Origin: an uncultured Clostridia bacterium
GTDB lineage: Bacteria > Bacillota > Clostridia > Christensenellales > UBA3700
Assembly (NCBI GenBank): GCA_947038565.1
Contig: CAMQWP010000004.1
Coordinates: 9,010-73,009 of the forward strand
DNA length: 64,000 bases
Reading direction: 5' to 3'
Below the pieces are notes generated by a model that was given only the letters and a program-made list of their open reading frames with translations, ran no database searches and was not told where the DNA came from. The translations under genes and the position numbers were made by a program. Below are positions 29,527 to 38,993 of the stretch, one piece after another. Each line of letters begins with the position of its first letter. Within the stretch, counting starts at the first letter, position 1.

Positions 29527-30381
29527 TTACCAAATGCCAACAAAGTTATTAACTATTACAAATATAGACATAAGTACTAAATACAGACTAAACCATTTCA
29601 ATTGACATTTTTCAACCAAACGCAACATCCATTTAACGGCTACATACCCACTAATTAATGCAGCAACCATACCGATAACTATGCTATACCAAGGTATATC
29701 GATGACAACATGATCTACAGCCATACCAATGCCTTCAAGCAATGCAGAGCTTAAAATAATAGGAATACTCATAAGGAATGAGAACCTAGCTACTTCACTT
29801 CTTTTCGCCTTACCTGCAACACCACCCGCAATGGTAGATCCACTTCGTGTAACACCAGGGAAAATAGCAAACGCCTGACATAGTCCCATGATAAGAGTAG
29901 TATCATAACCGATCGTACTAAATAATGGAGCAGGGACAGTAGTACCGTCCTCTTTTACAGTATCCATTTTAGGAGTACGAGTTAGACCCTTTTTCTCATA
30001 CCAATGACCTATGATATCAGAAGCTAGCAAAATGCAAGCCGACATCAGGAAAAATATCCATAACCACTTAGTACCCTCAAACATAGTATCAAAAAAATCA
30101 TTTAATGCAAGACCTACTATTCCTGCAGGGATAGTAGCAAGCACTAGGCAATAAACTGGCTTAGAAAAAGGTTTTTTAAGCAATGCCCATATCTCTTTAT
30201 ACAGCACTGCACATACTGAAACTAACGTAGCGACGTGCAACATAACAGCGAAAAACACTGTATTGTTAGACTCAACTCCTAACCAACTTTGGACAAGAAC
30301 TAGATGACCACTGCTTGACACTGGCAAGAATTCAGTAAACCCTTGCACTAGACCTAAAATTAATGCTTTCCACCATTCCAT
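29527..30381 (-). CDS. uppP: undecaprenyl-diphosphate phosphatase
   Basis: GL.QG.TEFLPVSSSGHL and PG.SRSG.TI BacA motifs. Confidence 0.92.
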   Translation of the reverse strand: MEWWKALILGLVQGFTEFLPVSSSGHLVLVQSWLGVESNNTVFFAVMLHVATLVSVCAVLYKEIWALLKKPFSKPVYCLVLATIPAGIVGLALNDFFDTMFEGTKWLWIFFLMSACILLASDIIGHWYEKKGLTRTPKMDTVKEDGTTVPAPLFSTIGYDTTLIMGLCQAFAIFPGVTRSGSTIAGGVAGKAKRSEVARFSFLMSIPIILSSALLEGIGMAVDHVVIDIPWYSIVIGMVAALISGYVAVKWMLRLVEKCQLKWFSLYLVLMSIFVIVNNFVGIW

Positions 30382-30550
30382 ACATGCACTTCCTAAATTT
30401 ATTTATTACTATTATATTACACTATCATCAATTCAATGTCAAGTGGATATATATTAGATTAATATTAGTATAGTTTTAACATACGATACTTTCGCGACAT
30501 TCGACAAATTTAGACAAAATTATACAAAGCTAAATATTTGTTAAATTTAA

Positions 30551-30579
30551 TTGTAAAAGGGTGTAAAATATGCTATAAT
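30551..30579 (+). promoter_or_regulatory. sigma-A-type promoter
   Basis: TTGTAA, 17 nt, TATAAT, about 30 nt upstream of the 30609 ATG. Confidence 0.45.
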
Positions 30580-30608
30580 AATTATAATATTAAAATTTGG
30601 AGGATATC

Positions 30609-30929
30609 ATGGCAAATAATAACAATAATAAAAAGAAAGGTAGTAGCAATGGAAATAAGCTATCTTTAAATAAAATTTCATTCTATGTAATCGGAGCAAT
30701 AAGTATTATCTATCTGGTTTCTGCGATATTATCAGTACTTAATTTAAATGATTTAGGTTTCAACATAGTTTCTTTATTCCAAGCTATCGCAACTTATGTA
30801 ACAGTAGGAGTTGTATCTATACTAGCATGGAGATATGTAGACTCTAAGCCTACAGTATACAAGGTATTATACTTTATATTTATGGTAATAGTTACTATCA
30901 CAGTATTTATTCCTATCTTAAAGTTCTAA
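30609..30929 (+). CDS. small membrane protein (3 TM; Asn/Lys-rich N-terminus)
   Basis: GGAGGATATC-ATG. The ORF-track start at 30597 is a TTG inside the RBS. I recognise no family. Confidence 0.55.
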   Translation: MANNNNNKKKGSSNGNKLSLNKISFYVIGAISIIYLVSAILSVLNLNDLGFNIVSLFQAIATYVTVGVVSILAWRYVDSKPTVYKVLYFIFMVIVTITVFIPILKF

Positions 30930-30951
30930 TATTTTATTCCAAAAAACATAT

Positions 30952-30986
30952 AAAAACACCACCTATACTTTAGGCGGTGTTTTTTA
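30952..30986 (+). terminator. rho-independent terminator
   Basis: ACACCACC...GGCGGTGT stem followed by TTTTTT. Confidence 0.7.
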
Positions 30987-31091
30987 TTTCGATTTATTGG
31001 GGCACATACTCTCATTAATATTTAACATGATCAACATTGACAAAACAACTATAATATTGTATAATATAGTATACCTTAGGAGGTACTTTGT

Positions 31092-32186
31092 ATGCAAATT
31101 GAAAAAGTAGACATTCTTGAATACAACGACATGATTAATTTTGCTAATAGCGTTTTTCATCTTAATTTTGCAAAAAAACTTTCATGGCTATATAACGACA
31201 ATCCTAATATTTGCCAGCATCATCACAGCATTCGTGATGAGAAAGGTAATTTCATTGGACTTATTGCAAGCATTCCTATGACTATTGTCAATGGTACAGA
31301 CACTCTTGAGATGAGAGGCGTAGGTACAGTATCTGCACATAAAAAATATCGCGGTCAAGGCATTATGAAGACTATGCTTTTGCATATAGCAGACCATGCA
31401 AAAACTGAGAATGTAGATATAATGGTACTTAACGGTAATAGGCAGAGATATCAACGATATGGATATGTGCCTATTGGTCATCACATGAAATACACCGTCA
31501 CTAGTGCCAATCTTAAAAATCACAATGTATATGACAGCTACACTCTTGAGAAAGTAAAAGACGATCGCTACAATGATCAATTTAAAGCATTAGCTGATAG
31601 CGAATATCAGCATGTAATAAGACCAAAATGCGACTATATCAAAAGGCTAGATACATGGAAGAATAATACCTTAGCAGTCCTTAAAGACGGAGAAGTAGTA
31701 GGACAAATTTGCTACAAATTCAACACTATAGTAGAATTATTACTTGCACATAAAGTAGACATAATATCAGTATTAAAATTGTTTTCTAGCACAATTAAAA
31801 GCCTACCTATCATTGTAAATTGTTATGGTCATCAGCAAATTCTTCAAAATACGCTTGACATAATATCCGAGAACTTCAAGTCGGAAAAATGTGCACAAAT
31901 CAAGATAGTAAATCCCCGTAACTTAGTAAGAGTTCTACTTAAAACTCATCTTTTGCGTACGAAGATAGGAGATATGTCAGTGAGTATACACATAGAAGGC
32001 ATTGATACTTTCCAGTGCATTATACGTGATAATGTTTGCTCAATTACTGACTGCGACGATATTAACTTTGATTACAGCTATACCCTAGAAGAATTCAGTT
32101 TTGCAGTATTTGGCATGTCACACTCACTAAGTGCACCATTTAGACTAGGATATTTACTAGGAATCCCGAATATTGATCAGGTATAA
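31092..32186 (+). CDS. GNAT N-acetyltransferase, Eis-like three-domain type
   Basis: V..HKKYRGQGIMK.ML is the acetyl-CoA motif A. The 364-aa length is consistent with Eis-type GNAT plus a sterol-carrier-like tail. Confidence 0.7.
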   Translation: MQIEKVDILEYNDMINFANSVFHLNFAKKLSWLYNDNPNICQHHHSIRDEKGNFIGLIASIPMTIVNGTDTLEMRGVGTVSAHKKYRGQGIMKTMLLHIADHAKTENVDIMVLNGNRQRYQRYGYVPIGHHMKYTVTSANLKNHNVYDSYTLEKVKDDRYNDQFKALADSEYQHVIRPKCDYIKRLDTWKNNTLAVLKDGEVVGQICYKFNTIVELLLAHKVDIISVLKLFSSTIKSLPIIVNCYGHQQILQNTLDIISENFKSEKCAQIKIVNPRNLVRVLLKTHLLRTKIGDMSVSIHIEGIDTFQCIIRDNVCSITDCDDINFDYSYTLEEFSFAVFGMSHSLSAPFRLGYLLGIPNIDQV

Positions 32187-32224
32187 ATACTAACTAAATA
32201 TTGCATTTTTATATATATAGACAT

Positions 32225-32265
32225 AAATAAGGCATTCGCAAATACTCGCGAATGCCTTATTTATA
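32225..32265. terminator. bidirectional terminator (GNAT gene / nadC)
   Basis: AAGGCATTCGC-8 nt-GCGAATGCCTT. Confidence 0.75.
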
Positions 32266-32289
32266 TATTATCAAATTATATATTAAATA

Positions 32290-33144
32290 TTATTTTACTG
32301 CGTGTAGATTTTTTAAAGATAAATCAAGTAGCGGTGCAGAATAAGTAAGAGCACCACTAGAAACAAAGTCAACACCGATCTCGCCGATCTCGCGTAACCT
32401 ATCGCGAGTAACGTTACCAGAACACTCAGTTTGTGCTTTACCACTACATATAGCAACAGCTGTTTTCATGGTTTCATTATCCATATTATCAAGCATTATT
32501 ATGTCTGCTCCAGCTAGAACTGCCTCTCTTACCATGTCTAAATTCTCTGTTTCTACTTCTATTTTGCGTACAAATGGTGCATACTCACGAGCCATTTCTA
32601 TAGCCCTAGTCACACTACCCGCAGCACCGATATGGTTATCTTTGATAAGTACACCATCAGTAAGGTTGTATCTATGATTATATGCTCCGCCAACTTTAAC
32701 AGAGTATTTCTCAAAAAATCTCATGTTTGGAGTTGTTTTTCTTGTATCAAGCAGTCTAGTTTTGTAGCCATCCAACTGATCAACACATGACCTTGTGAAG
32801 GTTGCGATACCGCTCATTCTCTGCAAATAATTTAGAGCAATCCTTTCTGACGAAAGCAAAACGCTGATATTACCTCTTATAGTACCTAAAAGCTCGCCTT
32901 TAGTTATAAGTTCGCCGTCAGTCTTACAAAGATCGAAAGATACACTCTCATCAATGATAGTAAAGCATCTCATAAACACATCAATTCCGCAAAGAATACC
33001 GTCTTGCTTAGCTATCAATTGAACTTCGCCTAACTGATCGTATGGCATTATAGCATTAGTGGTAACATCTTCACTTGTAATATCTTCTTGCAATGCTGAA
33101 AGTAAGTACTTATCAACAATTGTCCTCATGGTCACACCATTTAT
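32290..33144 (-). CDS. nadC: nicotinate-nucleotide pyrophosphorylase (carboxylating)
   Basis: L.ED....D.T and LDTRKT.P..R...K.AV..GG..NHR motifs. Start chosen at ATG 33144 (GAGGTG upstream); 33129 is also possible. Overlaps the nadB 3' end. Confidence 0.88.
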   Translation of the reverse strand: MNGVTMRTIVDKYLLSALQEDITSEDVTTNAIMPYDQLGEVQLIAKQDGILCGIDVFMRCFTIIDESVSFDLCKTDGELITKGELLGTIRGNISVLLSSERIALNYLQRMSGIATFTRSCVDQLDGYKTRLLDTRKTTPNMRFFEKYSVKVGGAYNHRYNLTDGVLIKDNHIGAAGSVTRAIEMAREYAPFVRKIEVETENLDMVREAVLAGADIIMLDNMDNETMKTAVAICSGKAQTECSGNVTRDRLREIGEIGVDFVSSGALTYSAPLLDLSLKNLHAVK

Positions 33145-34432
33145 CATAGAACACCTCATTATTTTTCTTTATTTCCGACATTATTAAATGTCTGCTATTT
33201 TTACGCCAATTTTCCATATCCGAATACTGATCTAGGTCAATATCCATGTTAGATTGCATGTCTATCTCGCTATTATTTTGATTAATTAATTTCGCACAAT
33301 TATACGCAAATACTAAACTTTCTAAAAGCGAATTACTCGCAAGCCTATTAGCACCATGCACTCCATTTCCAGCACACTCACCTACAGCATATAAATGCGA
33401 CATAGACGTTACTCCATTAATATCCGATTTAATTCCGCCCATCATATAGTGCTGTGCAGGTACTACTGGTATGCGTTCAGTAGTGATATCAAATCCCTCT
33501 TCTAAGCAACGCTCTGATATATTAGGAAAATGTACAAGTAATTTATTTCTGCTGATAGCACTGCAATCAAGATAAACGTGATCACTTCCAAACCTGTCCA
33601 TCTCTGCAAGAATAGCCCCTGCTACCACATCTCTAGGCAATAATTCATTTACAAATCTCTCGCCTAACTCATTATGAAGGGTTGCACCTTCACCCCTTAC
33701 TGACTCTGATATCAAAAACCTTCTACCAGGAGTATCAGAGGATAATACAGTCGGGTGTATTTGTATATAATCTATATGGTCGATAACGACATTATGCTTT
33801 AAAGCTATCGCTAGCGAGTCACCTGTTATATGTGAAAAATTAGTAGAATTTTTAAATAGTCCGCCAATGCCACCAGTTGCCAAAACGATATCTTTAGCAT
33901 ATACTTCTAAAAATTCGCCATTATTACTTTTGATTATAATACCATTACACTTATTATTAGCCGTGATAATGTCAAGCAATGTAGTAAATTGTAAAATAGT
34001 TACATTTTCAAGTTCACGGACTAGTTCGTACAAGGTTGATGTGATCTCTTTGCCCGTTACGTCCTTATGATGTAGGATACGGAATATAGAATGTCCACCC
34101 TCACGAGTATATTCAAGCTCGCCGTTAATCTTGTCAAAATCCACACCTTTAAAGATAAGATCATTTACTGCGTCACGAGACTTATTGATCATCTCGGTAA
34201 CGGCAACAGTACTATTTTCATATCTTCCTGCGCGCAGAGTATCTTCATAATACCGATCAAAATCGTCATCATCATGCTGTGTAGATATACCGCCTTGTGC
34301 AAGATAAGAATCGCTATTTAAAGCCTCATCTTTTGTTATCAGTAATACATTTTTTGATTTATCAATATTTAAGCATGCATACAAACCTGCAAGCCCAGTT
34401 CCAACGACTATTACATCATAAAATTTTTCCAT
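33113..34432 (-). CDS. nadB: L-aspartate oxidase
   Basis: DVIVVGTGLAG FAD motif, and AQGGI and HYMMGG motifs. Start is ATG 34432 (MEKFYDV). Confidence 0.9.
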   Translation of the reverse strand: MEKFYDVIVVGTGLAGLYACLNIDKSKNVLLITKDEALNSDSYLAQGGISTQHDDDDFDRYYEDTLRAGRYENSTVAVTEMINKSRDAVNDLIFKGVDFDKINGELEYTREGGHSIFRILHHKDVTGKEITSTLYELVRELENVTILQFTTLLDIITANNKCNGIIIKSNNGEFLEVYAKDIVLATGGIGGLFKNSTNFSHITGDSLAIALKHNVVIDHIDYIQIHPTVLSSDTPGRRFLISESVRGEGATLHNELGERFVNELLPRDVVAGAILAEMDRFGSDHVYLDCSAISRNKLLVHFPNISERCLEEGFDITTERIPVVPAQHYMMGGIKSDINGVTSMSHLYAVGECAGNGVHGANRLASNSLLESLVFAYNCAKLINQNNSEIDMQSNMDIDLDQYSDMENWRKNSRHLIMSEIKKNNEVFYDKWCDHEDNC

Positions 34433-34569
34433 TTCGATATCCTCTATAACGCTACAATACAAACTAATGAATATCTACTTTAACATTAATTGATAATAAT
34501 ATCAAGTAGGTAATGTGTATTTATTTGTGTAATAAGTAGTAACACTTATTGTATTATAATGATATAATT

Positions 34570-35478
34570 TTACTCAGATAACTCAAGCATTTTAATAAGT
34601 GGCTTTAGTGCCTTTTCGCTAAATTCTTTATCGAGTTTAACTTCAGGACTAAGCGTTTTCAACGAGTCATATATTTTCTGCATAGTAATTTTTTTCATGT
34701 CTTGGCACACATCATCAGGGTGATGGTAGAATATCCTATCAGGATACTTTTTCTCTAACTGATGAAGCACTCCGATTTCAGTGCAAATATAGAAGTATTT
34801 ATCACTGCAAGTTTCAACGTGATTGATGATACCAGTAGTACTACCAATATAGTCAGCTTGATCTAAAATGCGACTATTGCACTCAGGATGTGCAAGGACT
34901 TTTATATCACTTCTTATTTTTTTTGCTGCGATTATATTATCTACATTCATATTCTCATGAACATGGCAAAATCCTTCATTATACACAAAGTGTTTATCAG
35001 GAACTTGCGCCGAGACATAATGTGCCAAGTTGCGATCAGGAATAAAGAATATATTTTTATTAGGCAACGCTCTAGTAATAGAAACAGCATTTGCACTAGT
35101 AACGCAAACATCTGAAGCCGCCTTTAAATCAGTAGAAGAATTAATGTAACACACGACTGCTAAGTCATCATACATGCTACGAACTTTTTCTATCCTCTCG
35201 ACAGTAACCATATGAGCCATAGGGCAATCTGCCGTCGAATCAGGATGAAGAACTATTTTATTAGGATTTAAAATTTTAGCACTATCTGCCATAAAACTAA
35301 CGCCAGCAAAAACAAGCACATCAGCACTAGTGCTGCTTGCTATTTTACTTAGATAATAAGAGTCACCAACATAATCAGAGATCTCTTGTATCTCGCCATC
35401 AACATAATAATGAGCTAATATGATAGCATTTTTTTCTTTCTTTAATATTTCTATTTCATTCTTCAAATTATTCGGCAT
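34570..35478 (-). CDS. nadA: quinolinate synthase
   Basis: ILAHYY, F.GV.FM..SAK and CP.M motifs. Start is ATG 35478, with AGGAGA upstream. Confidence 0.9.
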   Translation of the reverse strand: MPNNLKNEIEILKKEKNAIILAHYYVDGEIQEISDYVGDSYYLSKIASSTSADVLVFAGVSFMADSAKILNPNKIVLHPDSTADCPMAHMVTVERIEKVRSMYDDLAVVCYINSSTDLKAASDVCVTSANAVSITRALPNKNIFFIPDRNLAHYVSAQVPDKHFVYNEGFCHVHENMNVDNIIAAKKIRSDIKVLAHPECNSRILDQADYIGSTTGIINHVETCSDKYFYICTEIGVLHQLEKKYPDRIFYHHPDDVCQDMKKITMQKIYDSLKTLSPEVKLDKEFSEKALKPLIKMLELSE

Positions 35479-35716
35479 ATTTATTCTCCTAATATTACAC
35501 TGAATTATATCATAATAGTATACATAAGTCAATCAATATAATACGCAAAATACCTCAAGAGTGTAATTAAGCAAAAATAAGTTTAATAAGAAAGTATTTT
35601 TATTTTAAATGAATTAGAATTTTTACTATCACGACAATATAATTGAGCATAAGTAAGGCAACTAAATATAAGCATTGCAGCATACACTTCTGTGCGAATT
35701 AATAGCTATATATGAT

Positions 35717-35756
35717 ATATACTGTCTAAAATAATGTCATTTTATAGACAGTATAT
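35717..35756. promoter_or_regulatory. 12-bp perfect inverted repeat (ATATACTGTCTA / TAGACAGTATAT, 16-nt spacer) upstream of nadA
   Basis: Read directly from the sequence. Lies between the DUF134 terminator and the nadABC operon, about 240 nt before the nadA ATG. Confidence 0.3.
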
Positions 35757-35770
35757 CAGAATAAATATGT

Positions 35771-35801
35771 AAAAAAAATGCCAATTATATTGGCATTTTT
35801 T
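35771..35801. terminator. bidirectional terminator after the DUF134 gene
   Basis: AAAAAAA-ATGCCAAT-tat-ATTGGCAT-TTTTT. Confidence 0.7.
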
Positions 35802-35832
35802 GCTTATATTTTTGCTATATTTCGACAGATAA

Positions 35833-36180
35833 TTAGTCTAATTTATGACACCTATTTCGCTTGTTTCTATGCATACAATTCGCATCGGTATCAGCACACA
35901 ATGTGTAGTCACCACCCTCTATAACTATGCTTTTTCCATTGACAAAAAAGTCCGCTATTTTACGCCTTGCATTAGCGTATAATATCTGAATAGTAGGTCT
36001 AGAAACCTTCATCTGCACAGCACATTCGTCCTGTGTCATATCTTCTAAATCTATCAATCTTATCACTTCATATTCTTCGATTGTGAGATAAATCTTGCAG
36101 TTTTCAGTAGCACTTTTGGCAAAAAATTCATTGCATTTTGGATCTTCACAGATAAATTTTTTTATCTTTGGTCTTGCCAT
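35833..36180 (-). CDS. DUF134 (UPF0251) HTH protein
   Basis: L..EE.E.IRL.D.E...Q.E.A..M.VSR.T......ARKK pattern, with Cys residues at both termini. Confidence 0.8.
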   Translation of the reverse strand: MARPKIKKFICEDPKCNEFFAKSATENCKIYLTIEEYEVIRLIDLEDMTQDECAVQMKVSRPTIQILYANARRKIADFFVNGKSIVIEGGDYTLCADTDANCMHRNKRNRCHKLD

Positions 36181-36316
36181 ATCAGTCTCCTTAATTTGTC
36201 CTATAGTATAGTTTTTATATTTATATTATAGTTAAAATCAGTGCAAATAGCAATACCTAAACCCAAAGTTTACATATATTATATACAAACTTTATAAAAG
36301 TACTTAGTTTTTTAAA

Positions 36317-36910
36317 CTATTGTGGTACTTTTATGTTATTTTCTTTAGCATTATCAAGTACTTTCAACATCCAAGCCATATTTTTTGCAAGATTTTTCAT
36401 GATATCGACACCTTCAGTATCATTAAGCACCTCTTCTGGAGTTCGTCCATTCATCATATTCCAATATTTAGAAGGTACTTGTATCATATTATTTATACCA
36501 ATATATCTATTTAACTGATCGAATACTTCGCCTGCACCAGCACGCCTTTGACACACTACACTAAAGGCTGGCTTGTAACTCATCAAACTTCTACCCGCCA
36601 TAAATGCTCTATTCAGAAACGATGTTACCTGACCACTCGCAGCGGCAAAATATGATGGTGATCCGAATACATATCCATCGGCATCTTTAGCTTTTAATAA
36701 ATATTCATTTACCTTATCATCAATCACGCACTTTTTACTTCCTGTCTTCTTGCAATTGTAGCAACCTATACAGCCACTCATAGGCTGAGTACCAACGTGG
36801 AAAATCTCACTTTCCACACCGTGCAATTTCAACTCTTCACCAATTATGCTTAGTGCAGTGTATGTAGATCCAAACTCGTGTGGGCTACCATTTAACATTA
36901 AAACTTTCAT
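36317..36910 (-). CDS. flavodoxin-like NAD(P)H-dependent FMN reductase / iron-sulfur flavoprotein family
   Basis: MKVLMLNGSP....T and C.GC..C motifs. Confidence 0.75.
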   Translation of the reverse strand: MKVLMLNGSPHEFGSTYTALSIIGEELKLHGVESEIFHVGTQPMSGCIGCYNCKKTGSKKCVIDDKVNEYLLKAKDADGYVFGSPSYFAAASGQVTSFLNRAFMAGRSLMSYKPAFSVVCQRRAGAGEVFDQLNRYIGINNMIQVPSKYWNMMNGRTPEEVLNDTEGVDIMKNLAKNMAWMLKVLDNAKENNIKVPQ

Positions 36911-37040
36911 ATTTATTCCCTCCGTGACGTATTGTCAATATTATTTATATTCTATACTTATTATATATACTATTCTCATAGTCATATATGACAAAAATTA
37001 CCGTGCAAACGATAATTTTTGTATGATTAATTTAAAATTA

Positions 37041-37634
37041 CTAATTATGTTCGTAGTAGGAATGAAATTTAATATATCTATCTTTAACTTCCAGATATCT
37101 CTCTTTGAATAAATTATTGAAATTTTCCTCTCCACGTTCTATCTCTCCGGCATGTTCTTTGCCGTCAATCCTTGCAAGGCATATAAGTATTTTCAATATA
37201 TCTTTTTCGATTAACTGGAAAAAGTTATTAGAAGTTTTTATATCCGCCTCTACAAAATATTTTACAAATTCGTTCATGGCTGGGAAATAATCTTCACCTA
37301 GCATTACTATCAATTGCATTATATAAAAGTTTGGCATTGACTGCAGCTTACTCCATGATAAATCAGTGTTAGTTCGTTTGCTAAAAGTATCAAGAATATC
37401 GCCTGACTCCGCAATTCGATCTATAAATTCACACTCGTACAAGCATAAATCACTATCCTCCATTGCTTGAGAAAGTAATATGTACTGCAAAGTTTGGTCG
37501 AATAAATTAGACATTAAGTGTGGTAAATTTTTTTCTTTACGCAACATACCCACCAGAATGCCAGCGTCTTTTATATGATTTAATGCATCTCTATAATATA
37601 ATTTTGCTAAATCAAATGTCTTTTTTACGTCCAT
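37041..37634 (-). CDS. hypothetical protein
   Basis: About 197 aa, predicted helical and soluble. I recognise no family. The start is uncertain (ATG 37634 or GTG 37652). Confidence 0.45.
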   Translation of the reverse strand: MDVKKTFDLAKLYYRDALNHIKDAGILVGMLRKEKNLPHLMSNLFDQTLQYILLSQAMEDSDLCLYECEFIDRIAESGDILDTFSKRTNTDLSWSKLQSMPNFYIMQLIVMLGEDYFPAMNEFVKYFVEADIKTSNNFFQLIEKDILKILICLARIDGKEHAGEIERGEENFNNLFKERYLEVKDRYIKFHSYYEHN

Positions 37635-37732
37635 TCCCACCTCACAATTCACATTATATCATAAAAATTATATTTTTCAAATAGTTTTTTTATACTTATT
37701 GTATATTTTTTTCATATAGTATGATGTTTCTA

Positions 37733-38740
37733 TTATACGACTTCTATACTTAAGACTTCACGAGTCCTTGTACGATTATAGTATTTGTACTTATCACATG
37801 CTGATTCGAATAAAATGTGTACTCTACCGCCAACTACATCCATGCCTTCACTCATTGCTGGACCTTTTAGAGTGCTCGATAGATTTGCATCAATGTCCAA
37901 TACTATCATCGGTATATCAACGCCGTTAAAGCTGTATGTTTTATCAGTCTTTCTGCCTTCTTCAGTATCTAAATCAATGTTAAATATATGAAATTCTGAT
38001 GCTGCAATACCATATGATGTAGATAATATTATCTTTCCGCTATCATAGGTAAATCCTTGCACTTGTGCAGGCAAAGATAAAATTAAGTTAGGTGTAGTCG
38101 ACACTACGCCATTAGTCACAGTACTGTCTATAGTATACTCTGACGCTATTGCTTGGTTGTAACCATTTTTAGTAGTTACCTTATGAGTTACGTCCGTCTC
38201 GAATTTGCCATCTTTGTAGTATTCTCCAATATACAACTTGTCGTCACTAGCATATGCAAAAGACGCCGCATTGCCCGCATTGAATTCGTCAATGACATGC
38301 ACCTCAGTCGCATCGGCAACCGATACCACCTGAGCAAGCGACACTCTCATGACAACTCCCTCAGACGCTAGCCATACATTATCGCCAACAGTAGCAACAC
38401 CGCCTAGATGACCAAAAGTCAATTTATCATCAGACGCGTCTTTTATCGTAACATAATGAGGCGCATTTAACGCGTCATCAGGCACAAAGTACAATCTCGA
38501 CTTCAATGATTTATCAACCATATATCCGCTTATTAAATATCCTTTATTACTATCAGCATAAGCCATGCCCTGAGGCACAAACCCTTCGTCTAGTCCAGGT
38601 ATCGAAACTTCCGTTTTCATTGTTTTTTCGAACTCTGGATAACTAGCAGTAAAATAGAATAATGTTAAAATACTAATCAATATTAATAAAACTGCAACAG
38701 TATAAATAATTATACTCCTTATTTTCTGTTTCTTTGTCAT
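37733..38740 (-). CDS. hypothetical membrane-anchored extracytoplasmic protein (beta-rich)
   Basis: N-terminal TM segment (IIIYTVAVLLILISILTLFYF) followed by a beta-strand-rich domain of about 300 aa. RBS is AGAGGTGGA. Confidence 0.55.
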   Translation of the reverse strand: MTKKQKIRSIIIYTVAVLLILISILTLFYFTASYPEFEKTMKTEVSIPGLDEGFVPQGMAYADSNKGYLISGYMVDKSLKSRLYFVPDDALNAPHYVTIKDASDDKLTFGHLGGVATVGDNVWLASEGVVMRVSLAQVVSVADATEVHVIDEFNAGNAASFAYASDDKLYIGEYYKDGKFETDVTHKVTTKNGYNQAIASEYTIDSTVTNGVVSTTPNLILSLPAQVQGFTYDSGKIILSTSYGIAASEFHIFNIDLDTEEGRKTDKTYSFNGVDIPMIVLDIDANLSSTLKGPAMSEGMDVVGGRVHILFESACDKYKYYNRTRTREVLSIEVV

Positions 38741-38993
38741 AATCCACCTCTTTAAAACATTTTAACATAGATCATTACTTTTTGCAATACCGTATCGTTA
38801 TAATCGTTATATTAATAAGTATATGTATAATTTAGATTTTACATATACTACCAACTTACCATAAAATACATTATATTATATATATTTCCAATGATTTTTC
38901 CGTGCTGGTATTGCAATTACTTAATTAATATGTTAGAATATATTGTATATGTTTATAAATACTAAAATAAATAATCATACAAAGAGAGGAATT

